Origin: Rebecca billardiae RCC1528
Lineage: Eukaryota > Protista > Haptophyta
Length of the DNA stretch: 64,000 nucleotides
Reading direction: 5' to 3'
Assembly (NCBI GenBank): GCA_965240325.2
Contig: OZ251222.1
Location: forward strand, 3,100,001-3,164,000
Made by a program: the position numbers and the translations under genes
Shown here: positions 45,446-58,037 of the stretch, one piece after another
How positions within the stretch are numbered: the stretch's first letter is position 1
Layout of the letters: each line of letters begins with the position of its first letter
Notes under the pieces: generated by a model
What the model was told of the DNA's origin: nothing
What the model saw: only the letters and a program-made list of their open reading frames with translations
Databases searched by the model: none

Positions 45446-47856
45446 TGTAGTCGGCGGGCATCTTTGATACGGACGTGCCATTTTGGAATTGTTGACGGAC
45501 GATAAACCGATAATAAAACCACTATACTACGATGCGTGGGCGGAAAAAAAACCGAATCGAAATAGCCATGACACCGGCCACGGAGCCTGCGGTCACCACC
45601 ATGCGTCGGTGTCTGTCACTCATCACTCATCAGCCGCGCAGCGCCGTTCAATACGCGGTACTCACAGCAGCGCCGATTCCGATCACGAATACGGGCTACT
45701 GCGAGATTAATTAGAAATATAGAATAATGACTTGATGTAGATTGTAGTCTCGCGATGTGCTGCCGACGCGCGGTGATCGTCTCGGCATGAGCACGGTCTG
45801 ATCCGACTCCGGACCGACTGGCTGCAGTGCATCGCCGACGGAGCCGTGCCTGTCGAGTGTCGACGCAAACCCGATACCGTATCGATATATATATATACAC
45901 AGCGCAAGATTTCGGAAAAGATGTCGTTACGGGCCCCCCCCTGCACCCGCCCGCTCGCGGAAATTCAGCATGGCGACGCGCGGCGCGCTGAAGGGCGGGG
46001 AGCGTGCGCGCGCAGTCCCAGACTACCCCGACGAATTTCCCCGAGCGTCTCCCCATCGATCCAAGACACCCCGCCCTGCCCACAGCTCGAGATCGGAACA
46101 GGTGCAGTTGAGGTCGCGTGCCGCGCGGGCGGCTCGGGCGCCAGTGCGCACCTGTTTTTATGGATGGCCACAGAACACCCTTCTTCCTCGGTGAGGAGGC
46201 CATGCACGGCAGCCACAGGTGCGTATGCATTCGACTGAAGCCTGATCCGCAGCCGGCTGCTGCTCCGAGCACGCACGCCGCTCGAGTTTGGAGCTGCGCG
46301 GCACTAGCACTTCTCCGAGGCGATGATGCCAGGCGTGTGGGGTCAGATCACTGCGATGGCGCGCGAGGAGGGCGGCGACTAGGCGTCGCCGCCCGGCGAT
46401 AACGGCGGAAGTTGTTGCGGCCCCGCCTCTCGCGGCCCCGCCTGCAGCACTCCGCTTACGGCGTTCGTGTCCACCGCCCAGATCGAGCCCTCAGAGCGGA
46501 TGCGGCTCGACGCCTCACACGGCGGGTGCAACCTGCAGCGCCGCCCCGCATGACCCAGCTGCCCGCGCGGCAGCTGCCGAGACCACGTGCCCGCGGCTCG
46601 ACCCCTCCGTGTTGACCGCCGTCGTGTCACTACCGCCGCCTGGCCGTGCCGACTGCCCGCTGCCCTCACCCTTCCACCTCCCTGCTGCCCGTGCAAGCCG
46701 GAGCTCGCCACCAGCTGCCCGCACTCGTCGACGAGACGCCGATCGCTGGCCCGGCCCATCGCTCATCGCCCGCCACCCGCCCGCCCGCGCCGCGGCGCCC
46801 GCCGCACGGCACGCAGCTCTCGGCGGCAAGCATTGCTGCCGTGGACGGCAGCGCCGACCTGCTCGCGATCCACGTTGCCGAACTGTCGGAGGCGAACGTG
46901 CGCAAGAGCTGCGAGCTGAGCGCCGTGCCGAGACTCGAGAAGCAGCTGCACGCGGAGCACGCTGCAGCAGCCGAACGGACGGCGGCGGCCGCCGAGACGA
47001 TGGCTGCACGTAGGGTGCTGCTCGGCGTGGCCGAGGCCAAGTGGCGCGCAGCCTCGGCCGATGCCGCCGCGAGCAAGCCTGCTCGGCAAACCGCTGCGTT
47101 CGCGCTTGCCGCTGCTGCTCGGCGTGAGGCGCGCGCGCACGTGGCCGAGCGCGCTGCCGCGCGCGAGGAAGGCGCGGAGGAGCTTGGGCGGCTCGAAGCG
47201 GACCTGGCTCCTGCGCACGAGGTGACACGTGCGGGGTGTGGGCGCGCGTCCCAGGCGCGTGCAAGCTCGAGCTCGCGCGCGAAGGACTCGGCGCCAAGCC
47301 TCCGCGCACGAGAGCGCGGCGGAGGCGGTGGCGGCGGTGCGGCGCACGAGCAGCGAGCAGCCGCGCCATCCAGTCGGACGAGCAGTGATGAAGTGCTTCA
47401 AAGCTCGGAGTCGGATTCACCGTTCACGTCGGTCACGGCCTGCCACGCAGCTGTCGGACTGAGTCCCGGTCCCGGTCATCGTCCGGCGCTGAGTCGTGAC
47501 TTGTGGCAGCAGCCGCGCCCGGCGGTGCGCGCGGTCCGAGCCCGGGCCCGCGCGGCTCACTGTAGTAGCAGTCGCCTGACCAAGTGAGAGTCGTGTTATC
47601 GACCAGTAGGACCGTACGTCGTGAGAGTCATCGAGGAGGCTGCTGAGTCAGCTGCGCCCGACCCGCTCCGCGCCTCCGGTCAGCCTCCGCGCCCGCTGCC
47701 GCCTCCGCCGCGGGGCCGGCCGATCGTCGGGCGGTCAGCCGCGTAGTCCGCAATGAAACTCGACGTCCAACCGGACAGATTCCCGGTAGTCCGCTGAGTA
47801 ACCGGTCATCGTAGTGTGAGCCGTGCTGACTGCGTGACGCCGCGGCCGGGCCCGGG

Positions 47857-47950
47857 CGCGCGGGTGCCAGTAGCTATACTATAGATACTAGCTAGGCCCC
47901 GGGTGCCAGTAGCTACTGGCACCCGGGCGGTAGCTACTGGCACCCGCGCC
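47857..47950. repeat. Perfect 30-bp palindrome with flanking half-copies
   Basis: CCCGGGTGCCAGTAGCTACTGGCACCCGGG at 47898-47927. Extra arms at ~47857-47876 and ~47930-47950. Confidence 0.9.
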
Positions 47951-49413
47951 ACCGGTGACCCGCCCTGCCGCGGCCGCGGCCGCTCGGCCATTGTGACCCG
48001 GCGGCGAGTGAGAGTCCCCGTAGTCAGCTCTCATGATGGCCTCACGCGAGGATCGCGCCGGTACGGACCGCTGCGACGACTGGTGGCGCGCGCCGACTTC
48101 TGTCTGTCTCGTGCAGCGAGCGAGCCGCGGCGCCGGCGGCAGCGGCGGCAGCCGTCGCGCCGCCGACTGCTGCGCTGGCTGCTGCGGCGGCGGCGGAGCT
48201 TCAACGGCGGCGAGCCGCGCGGCCCGCGCGGTCCGGGCACAGAGCGGCTGAGCTGTGACACGGGATGCCGGACCGTCCCGCCGAGCGGCAACGGTCGTCA
48301 CGGGCTGCACGTTGGGCTCGGACACGGCCGTGGTGAGGTTGACGAGCGCAAGTACGACCTCGCCGTTGTGCATGAACTTGAGCGAGATGACCGCGCTGAA
48401 CGAGCAGGCCAAGTCTGTTCGGCACGCCGCCTAGGGCTGCGCGCTCGCCGCGTGCGTCGAGGCCGAGGAAGGCTGGGTTCTCAGGAACGGTACTGCAGGC
48501 GACAGCAGTAAGCAGCTTGCCCCTGACCGGTCACGTCGCCGAGTCACGCCGCAGCCGCTCATGAATCTTGCGCACCTGCGCGACGAAGAGGGCGGCGCTG
48601 CACGCGGACATGCAGATAACGAGGAGCGCGACGTGCAACGCGTTCATCGCCGTCGCCAGAGCGCTACCAGACCCACACATCGCCTGCCATGCCGCCTCGA
48701 CCGCCTCGCGCGAGCTCCACAAACAGTGCGCTTCTGCCGCGCGAGCACGCTCTGCTGTGTGATCTGGTTGGTGTACCGGTGAAAATGCATCGAGGGGCCC
48801 TTCGTATGCGGCATTAGACCTCGCACGTCCTTCTCCCCGCCCTTCTTTCACGCCAAGTGTCTGCGCGCGCGGCGATCCGCGGCGGCGGGCAGATGCGGCC
48901 ACATGCAGGCGAGCAGCAGAAAGGGCGCGCGTGCATGGTGAACGCGTCAGATGCAGGATACGTGATGCGCATTTTGGGCATCTACACTCCGATCCCGCCC
49001 ATCGCCACTTATTCGCCAGACCCGCATCTCCAAGGGGCTCGGCGCTGTGCGCGCCTTCGCGCGCGCGAATGTTCAAATCATGGCCGCGCGTGCAAACGGG
49101 GTGCAGGTGGACGATGGATGCGGCGGAGCGATTCCTGCGCCGCGCCGCAAATGCGGGGAACTGTATTGCGCAGCTGAAGCGCACGCACCATCGCGGCCCA
49201 GCCAAGCCGCTCGGTCCCAGGCCGACGCCAGCTGGCGACGTTCGTCGCGCGATGGGCGATTTCGACGACATCGCGAAGCGCTCGACCAATTCGCCTCCGG
49301 CCGTCCGCCGGCCGCGTCCAACTGCCGGCGAGGGAGCCGGGTCGGCAGTTATCGCATTTTTTTAATGGGTTCGCCGAATTAGCTTACGGTCGTGGCTGGC
49401 GGGCGATCCTGCG

Positions 49414-49610
<197 letters not shown>

Positions 49611-49612
<2 letters not shown>

Positions 49613-51323
49613 ATTTATTATTTTTTTCATCATCAGCATCCGTATCGGAGTAATCAGAGTGCTGAGTGCATGCCGCCCGCGAGTGCGACTCAATCTTCGC
49701 CCACAAGGCGCGCAGTTTGCACGCGCAGTCAGCAGCCTCCTCAGGTGGCCACGCCTCGCCGTCCGATGCTGTCGGCCCAAGCTGCGCCAGCCGCGTGACC
49801 TCGGCGCGCACAAGCCGTTCGAGATCGTGCAGCGTCTCGCTGTGCGCAATCCAGCCAGGTGGCCGCGACGCACCGGACGCACCTTGCGGCTCTGAGGACC
49901 ACGCGCGCGCGGCGGCAGCGGTGAGCTCTGGCACGTCCGTGAACAGAGGCACGGGCGCATCGGCGGCCCGGCGCTCGGTCCAATCGGCGATGTGGGTGGC
50001 CGCGCCCACGGCCGCGAGCACGAAGTCGTCCGCGGAGCCGAACGCACAGCCCGCTTGGGTGCTGAGCGTGTCGAGCAGCTGCCGCTCAGTCCCGTGCTCG
50101 CCCTCGGCGTCAGCAGCGAGCTCGAGCCAGTGCTCGAGCTGCACGTGGTGCACAAAGACACTCGCCCAGTGCTCGGGCCCCAGCACTCGGCGCATCGCCG
50201 GGAGTATGCGCGGCAGCCGCGGGAGCGTCTGCTGCGGCCCGCCGCCATGCGCGCTCGACGTGTGCGCGTACACGTGGCGCAGGAGGTTGTCCGCCGCGTG
50301 CTCGAGAGACGCCTCCCACTCGAAAAGGGACGAGGCCGCGCTCGCCTCGCCTGGCGCACGCAGCGGCCAGGGCTCGCCCTCGTCGTCGCTTGCAGCGGGC
50401 GAGACGCTCACGTCCACGTCCGCGTCGGTGAAGCAGCGGCCGCATGCGTCGCACAGCCACGTCCCGTCACGCTCAGCACGCGTGATGGAGCCGGCGGCCC
50501 TGACGGAGGGCCGCAGGACCCCGTCCGCCGTGGCGAGTGGTCGCGACGGGAGGAGCCCGTCTGAGCCGCGCGGCATGCACGCCGGGCATGGCAACGCGCG
50601 CAGGCTGTCGCGCTCGGCATCGCAGCTGGCGCAGTGGCAGACGAAGCACTTGCTCGCGCGGAGGAGCGCGCGCCGCACTCGCGTCGCCGCGTACTCCCAC
50701 GGACCGAGGTAATTCGTTGTGAGCACCTCGCCCTGGCGGATTCGGCGGAGCGCGCGGTGCTCCAGCAGCCCGCCGCTCACATGCGCGAATGCGCAGTTGG
50801 CGGAGAGGCACGCGTGCGTGAATTGACTGCCCAGGGCGTACATGGCGCCGCGGTGGCGGTCAGTCGCATGCGGCGCGTGATGCGCGTTGAGCGCATAGGT
50901 GGCGAGCGCCTGCTCGAGCTCGGCGGGGGACGGACGGCCGCACGGCATGGAGTCCGCCCACCAGCGCGCCACGCGCACCGCCTCCTGCAGCGGCTGCGCA
51001 TCAGCGCGCTCGGCGTCGGGGACGGCCTCCATGCCACAAAATGTGCCGAGCACGCGCTCGCGCACGTCGTCGGGCGCGTGCACGAACGCGTGCGCCGCGC
51101 ACATCAGGTCGATCGTCTCGCAGCGCGCCTCTCGCGCGCCGCGGATGAGCACCTCGCGCTCGGACTTGCTGAGCTCGCGCATGGCGGTCATTGCGAGTAC
51201 AGGTGGCTCGCGCACTAGCAGTGCGCCCGCGGGGATGTCACACGCGGCCCGCAGGATGCGCCCGAGCGCCGGATGCACGTCGTGCACATGCAACTGGGGC
51301 CCACGCCCGGCCTGGGCAGCCAT
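49611..51323 (-). CDS. SMYD-like SET-domain protein
   Basis: [50 protein letters not shown], post-[12 protein letters not shown], then CPAC...WLCDAC. Confidence 0.85.
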
Positions 51324-51417
51324 CCTGGCGGCGCCATTGATGAGCCAAATACAGCGTTTTAGCGTTTCATTAACGTGCCAACGTAAAGTTTACCCGCAAG
51401 GTCTGCGTGGCCCAATC

Positions 51418-54400
51418 TACACCCCAGCTCGCCGCCGCTGCGGTGCTTTCGCGCGAGCCCCAGCGGGCAACTCGGCACCCCCGTTTGGCGCGCTGGCGGG
51501 GCTGGGACGGCCGGGGCGCGGCCGCAGCTGCGCCCGCATGAGCGCGCGCTCGGCCGCGTGCGACGCGGCGGAGTCGCGGCTGACATACCCCGGGCCCTCC
51601 TTGCGCCGCGCAACGCCGCCCACACGCATCGCCGCTCGCACGCGCAGGCCTGCCACGCCCGGCTTGGGCTTGTCAGCACAAGCTCGGCGGAGGCGCGCGG
51701 CGCCGAGGGCTCGGCCGGTGATGCGGCGCTCGCCCAGGCGGAGACTTGGCGGATGCATGGGAAGTGCCTTCGCCTGACCGGATCCCGGGCGTCGCCGTCC
51801 GTGTGTACACGCGAGGCGCGCCTGTAGTGGTCGACAGGTGACGGGCGCAGAGTGCGCTCGCCCTCGAGCAAGCAGCGGACGTACCGGTAGGTGCGCGCGC
51901 ACACAGCGGGGCTGTCGAGCTGCCTCCGGCTGGGTAGATCGACGGTGCATGCCCTAGCCCTGGTCTGGGAGGCTTGCGCGGGTTCGGAGGCCGGTGAACG
52001 CTCGGCGCGGACCCACGTGTCTTGCCGGGCACGGCGGCGCGACACTCACACTGCTCGACTGCCAGTCTCGAGGATGAGTGGCATCAGAGCGCTTGCCGGC
52101 GTGCTGGCGGGCTCAACCGCCGCGCCGACGGCCACGCCTTGGCCAGGACACGATGAGCTCGCGAGTCCTCCGTAGCCGCCTGCTGCTGTGGACCCGCCGC
52201 CCAAGGCCCGCGGCCGACCGGCGGCCGTTCGGAGAGGCCAGCCAGCTGCCAGGCGATCCGACGCCGGGCTGGGGGGCGGCGAGGGCGATGGGGATGGAGG
52301 CGGGCTCGGCGTTGGAAGGGGCGGCGGCGGGCTTGGTAGCGGCGACGTTGGCGGCGATGTCTATGGGCGGCGTAGTGGGATTGAGCCCGGAAGCTGCCAG
52401 TGGTGATTGTGGCTCGCTGACTGACGGTGGCTGGCTCGGCGGCTGGCTCGGCGGCCCCGAAAGAGATGAGCTGTGAGGCGGAGCCTAAAGCCACTGTTTC
52501 ACGGCGGGCTCGCTGCGTCACCGTCGCTCTCGGCCAGCAACCTGGCGGTGATGCAGCCCGGCCAAGCACGCGTCGGGCGTGGGCGCTGCCGCTAGTAGGT
52601 TGGCCACAGGCCACCCACTCGGCAAAGCGCGCACAATAACGCCGATGACCCAGAAATTGAAAATGCAGTAGGGCACTGCGGGCTCGCTGTGTCTGCTGTG
52701 AAAGACTGTTCAGTCCGCGAGAGAGATGATTGTCACTGCCAAGTCTGTCAGGGTTCGATGAGTCGTCTTAGACTACTTAGCGACCGTAGGCTGCTGCTCG
52801 ACGTCGTCATCATCATCTGACCTGCCGCGCGCGCGGTGCACTATCGATTGAGTCATAGTATCAATAATCATAATTGCGTGGACCAGCCACATGAGATGTC
52901 ATCGCGACTCAGAGTTCGTCATCACTGGCCACTCAGCCCGCGTCCCGCTCGCCCCGCTGTCCACTTAGATACGCGCCTGCTGACGATACCGTGCATCAGC
53001 AGCACATGCTGCGCTCCTGCTGAGTGCTGGCTGATGACGCTGATCTGTGATGATCGCGAGACAGCAGTCGCAGCATCACGATCATCGTATTATCAAACGG
53101 AGCCATGCGCTGCTGCACACTAGCCATCATCAGTGTCCGATCAAGCAGTGCTACTGGCTGCTGCGAGGAGTCCACGTGGCAGCGTTACGGCTAGTTGCAG
53201 CAAGGCGCATCCCCAGCTCACTGCAAGTGTGCGACAATTCCGCAACTCAAATGCGCATAGGTCAAGCCGATCGGAACTGATGACGATCAGAAGCTGAGAC
53301 GAATGCGCGCACAAGTCTCGTCTCGTCCGCCAGCTTTGGCGGTGAGCTTTGCGGAGCCAGCTGCTGCGTAGTGCGTACGTGATTTGCGCGCTGGCGCCGG
53401 GCGCGCTGGCCGAGCGCTTGCATCCGCAGGCGGAGTAGTACTACATCACTCAACAATCTTGCCAATACGTTACTAGTTAGCTCCGGCGGACGCCATGAAT
53501 AGCTGCTGATCCTGATACTGATGATACTTTGATATAGTGATGCTCATGCTGCCCGCTGCCGCGGGCCGCGGAACGAATCAGACAAGCACTAAGCAGCCTA
53601 GCCTGGTGGGTGAAGCTGCGGCAGCTCGTGGAAGTCTAGCAGGCCTGGCGAGGACCTCCATCACGAACTCAGCCCTCTCGTGGTGACGTAACGTAGCGAG
53701 TTTGCGGCCACTACGGCCCGACTGGGTTCAGCCGCTAGCTCGGACCGCGACGGCACGAGCTGTCGCAGTGTCCGGGACAGTGGCGCGGCCCGTTGGCCAC
53801 GGGCCTTGGGCGGCGGGTCCACAGCAGCAGGCGGCTACGGAGGACTCGCGAGCTCATCGTGTTCTAGCCAAGGCGTGGCCGTCGGCGCGGCGGTTGAGCC
53901 CGCCAGCACGCCGGCAAGCGCTCTGATGCCACTCATCCTCGAGACTGGCAGTCGAGCAGTGTGAGCCAGTGTCGCGCCGCCGTGCCCGGCAAGACACGTG
54001 GGTCCGCGCCGAGCGTTCACCGGCCTCCGAACCCGCGCAAGCCTCCCAGACCAGGGCTAGGGCATGCACCGTCGATCTACCCAGCCGGAGGCAGCTCGAC
54101 AGCCCCGCTGTGTGCGCGCGCACCTACCGGTACGTCCGCTGCTTGCTCGAGGGCGAGCGCACTCTGCGCCCGTCACCTGTCGACCACTACAGGCGCGCCT
54201 CTCGTGTACACACGGACGGCGACGCCCGGGATCCGGTCAGGCGAAGGCACTTCCCATGCATCCGCCAAGTCTCCGCCTGGGCGAGCGCCGCATCACCGGC
54301 CGAGCCCTCGGCGCCGCGCGCCTCCGCCGAGCTTGTGCTGACAAGCCCAAGCCGGGCGTGGCAGGCCTGCGCGTGCGAGCGGCGATGCGTGTGGGCGGCG

Positions 54401-54596
54401 TTGCGCGGCGCAAGGAGGGCCCGGGGTATGTCAGCCGCGACTCCGCCGCGTCGCACGCGGCCGAGCGCGCGCTCATGCGGGCGCAGCTGCGGCCGCGCCC
54501 CGGCCGTCCCAGCCCCGCCAGCGCGCCAAACGGGGGTGCCGAGTTGCCCGCTGGGGCTCGCGCGAAAGCACCGCAGCGGCGGCGAGCTGGGGTGTA
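51418..54596. mobile_element. Fold-back/long-TIR element, 3179 bp, with ~800-bp near-identical inverted arms
   Basis: 51418-~52220 is the reverse complement of ~53790-54596. Termini TACACCCCAG…CTGGGGTGTA. AATC lies directly outside both ends (51414-51417, 54597-54600). No transposase ORF. Confidence 0.88.
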
Positions 54597-54697
54597 AATC
54601 GGCTGGCCAAGACGTCGACGACCCTATTTGACGGACGCAGTCAGTTCCCGGAATCGGCATTCAACCTCGTGAGCCAGAACGTGCCCGCCCTCCCAAC

Positions 54698-55693
54698 ATG
54701 ACCCGGCCGGTGTTGCCCATGCGCACGATTGTCGCCCTATTGGCCGTGGTCGCGCCGGCGGCGACGATGCGATCGGCTCGCTCAGCCCGCATCGCTCGGC
54801 TTGGCGAGCACGCGCGGCGAGGTGCACTCGCGATGCAGGCGGACGGGCCGAGCGTGGACGTCGCGGCGGCGTTCGTGCGGCCCTTCATCATCGGCATTGG
54901 CGGTGGCTCAGCCTCGGGCAAGACGACCGTGGTCGAGAATATCATGTCTAAGATTGGACACCTGGACCACGTCGCGAGCATTTCGCAGGACTGCTTCTAT
55001 CGGGGCCTCAGTGCCGAGGAGATTGCGAACGTGGGCGATTACAACTTCGACTCGCCCGATGCGATGGACTTTGACGAGCAGGTGGCGGTGCTCCGTGCGC
55101 TGCAGCAGGGGCAGCCCGACGTGCACGTGCCGAGCTACGACTTCGTCACGCATTCGCGCCTCGCCCCGGAGAACGACGTCGTGATCAGCGCGCCGGCCAT
55201 CGTGATCTTTGAGGGGATCCTCGCGCTGCACGACCCGCGGCTGCGGGACATGTTCGACCTCTCCATCTTCGTCGACACGGACAGCGACCTGCGGCTCCTG
55301 CGGCGCATCAAGCGGGACATCGTCTCGCGCGGCCGCACGCTGGAGAGCGTGCTAGAGCAGTACGAGCGCTTCGTGAAGCCCTCGCACGACCAGTACATCG
55401 AGCCGTGCAAGGCGCACGCCGACCTGGTCGTGCCCTTCAACAAGCACAACATTGTCGCGATCGAGCTCATCTGCGACCACATCAACCTGCTCCGCGAGCG
55501 CTGCACGAAGCTCTCGGAGGACTTCCATGACCACGCCGCCGCGCGCACGCGCGCGCTCACGACGGCGTTGAACTCGCACAGCGCCGCGGCGAGCCTGACT
55601 GTGCCGAATGCGCCTGTGAACGGCCGTGTCATGCCGACCGCTGCCGCAACCCTCAACGTGAACCGCGGCGGCAAGCACTACCACGCGCAATGA
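54698..55693 (+). CDS. Uridine/cytidine kinase with N-terminal signal+transit-like leader
   Basis: IIGIGGGSASGKTTV (P-loop), ISQDCFYR, NFDSPDAMD, IIFEGIL-type strand (IVIFEGIL), RLLRRIKRDIVSRGR, YIEPCKAHADLVVP. Leader MRTIVALLAVVAPAATMRSARSAR. Confidence 0.95.
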   Translation: MTRPVLPMRTIVALLAVVAPAATMRSARSARIARLGEHARRGALAMQADGPSVDVAAAFVRPFIIGIGGGSASGKTTVVENIMSKIGHLDHVASISQDCFYRGLSAEEIANVGDYNFDSPDAMDFDEQVAVLRALQQGQPDVHVPSYDFVTHSRLAPENDVVISAPAIVIFEGILALHDPRLRDMFDLSIFVDTDSDLRLLRRIKRDIVSRGRTLESVLEQYERFVKPSHDQYIEPCKAHADLVVPFNKHNIVAIELICDHINLLRERCTKLSEDFHDHAAARTRALTTALNSHSAAASLTVPNAPVNGRVMPTAAATLNVNRGGKHYHAQ

Positions 55694-55755
55694 CTAATCC
55701 GATGAGACTCCCCGGAGAGACTCAGGCGAGGGCTCGGCCGCATGCTGACAATACG

Positions 55756-57863
55756 TAAAGAGGGTTCAGGAAAGGTTGTGCCCCCGGCTTCGGCGGGTTC
55801 CCAGTGGCGGCATGCCGCCCGGCTCGTCGCCCCCACCACAACGATTGCCGGGTGGGCGGGTGGGCAGTTTTCGTGAATTCTCAAACGAAAGAACGAGTAC
55901 CCACATAGACAAACGAACTTACAGCCGTGCAAAACACACGCAGATGCCCGTTCTTCGGCAAAGAAAGGGGAGCCAAGCGGTACAAGCCGTACAAGTGATG
56001 AAAGTTGAAAGTACTTCGTTGCGCGGGTGGCGGGATCGCGAGGGCCCGCGGCGAATTGGAAACACCGAAAGACGGGCAGACGGCCGCGAAGGCGGCCAAA
56101 AGTTGGGTTGTGGGCGATTGCGGGGCGAGCGGTCTTGCGTCGCATCGCACGGGGCGCGCGCGGCCGTGCAGCTGGAAAGTGGTCTGGAGCGCCATCAGAG
56201 ACGTGAACTAACAGTAGCCAGCGTCGCTCGCTGCTACCTTGCCGCCTCTGGTCAGTGTGCGCGCCCACGCTGCCCGAATCGGCGAGCAGCGGGCGCCGCC
56301 GATCGCGTGCTGCAGCCGTGTGAATGAGTGACACTGGACAGTCAACGAGGAGTGAGCGAGGGCTGCTGACGGTGTATAGCCCTACTCAGTTGCGCGCCAT
56401 GCGGCCTCGCACGTCTGCGCAAGAGCTACAGCACGAGCCGTCGTAGCTTTTCAAAGCGTTCCGACTAGCCACAAGTCCATCCGTGGCCGAGCCGTCTCAC
56501 GAGGAGCTGTAGGTGAGCGGGTTGCGAATACTGCCCTGAGCGCATCCCATGCGCACATCCTGCAACCAGCAATGCCGCACGAGCATGCAGACGTTTGAGG
56601 CATTATCCATCTGTGTCGCCGTCGCGTCGCGGGTACGGCGGTTCCGCTGACTAGCTCGGTTTGGCGCAGGCGGCCTCCTGGACGTGTGTGCTTGGATTGG
56701 TGGCGTACTTGTCGTGACTACGGGGGACAGCACATTGCGATTGCATGTGTACATAGCCACGCCGAGCTGCACAGCGCGCCGCGCGTCAGCCCAGCAGTGC
56801 ACCACGCTCTCATCGTGCGGCCCGCCGCCACAGCGGGGCGCCGCTTTCACCGCGAGAGCGGCCGAGACTGTACCCAAGCGACGTTGGGTGACGGGGGGCA
56901 CGGCGCAGTGGGACGCAACCAATCAATCTGAGGCTGGCAGGCCGCCTACACGGGCACGTCGGCAGCTACACCAGCGCGCACCGCGCACGGCAGTGCCGCC
57001 CCCCCCTCGCTCGCAGGCTACCGCCGTGCGCCTGCCAGCCGCCCACCTTCGAGCCCCCCCGAAAGCTCGGGGCTCGCGGTTTGCCCTGGCTTCGCGCAGT
57101 GGAGCGCTGGCAAAGCTTTGAGCCAGGTTGGAACTCCTAATCAAAGCGCTTGGCGAGAGCCTGAAATAATTGAAGTACTCCGATTACTTGGGGTACCCCA
57201 AGTAAGTTACTGGCTTAGATTCAGGGTCTGAAATGCCGTTTTCGATTCTCACGAAAATTGCCTCCCTCCCCACCCGGCAATCGTTGTGGTGAGCGCACCT
57301 CGCCTGGCTACTGTGAGCGCTCGGAGTCCCGGCGTCATCGCCGGATCGTCCGGCGGGGTGGATGCCGGGCAAGTAGACACCGATTGGAAGGGCATGCGCT
57401 GCATCGGCATGCTGTCATCTGTCGTCTCTGCCACCTTGTCCTCGACGCGCGGTCTGCACTTCAGTAAAACGTGACAGCTTGCACGTGCTGCCCGTTGCAC
57501 GCCCGAAATAGGTGTGTGTGCTTGCTGACGCCGCTGGAGTAGCAACGCGCAGCGCTTTGGCCCTGGTAGAGAAGAGCCGAGCGGCTGATGCGTCCTGTAG
57601 CTGCTCTCATTTCTATTTTGAACCGTGCACGCGATGACGATCGGCATCCGATGGCTGCCGCGTTGCTCACGGTGTGGCTTACAGGCTGTCGTGAGAGGCG
57701 TGAGAGGGCTACTCGGCTGGACGGTGGGTATGGGGCGATGCTAGGGCCTCTCTAGCGACGCGCAGGCCCGACAGCGGCGCGTGGCGTTGCGCTCATCGCT
57801 ATTTCAAGCGGCCATCGGCCGGGCGGTCGCTGCTGGGGCACAACCTTTCCTGAACCCTCTTTA
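55756..57863. mobile_element. Non-autonomous TIR DNA transposon (~2.1 kb) with probable TA target-site duplication
   Basis: Perfect 30-bp inverted match GTAAAGAGGGTTCAGGAAAGGTTGTGCCCC (55755-55784) / 57835-57864. Best read as 27-bp TIRs plus a TA TSD within a GTAC site. No transposase inside. Confidence 0.85.
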
Positions 57864-58037
57864 CAGCTCGCCGAACTTTGGCAAGGACCAACGATATTCA
57901 TACTATATCCATGTTTGTTTTATTCAGCCGTAAAAAAAAATGCTCCAAGGCTGGGTCACGCGGTGCCGCCGCCATCGTGCTCACTTCGCTGCACGCGGGT
58001 GTACGATCGGAGGCCACCGCGCGCGGGACCAGGATCC

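Noticed and set aside
46400-48510. Ala-rich helical ORFs (46646-47587 and neighbours)
   Set aside because: No credible start, domain or splice model; possibly relic coding DNA but unsupported.
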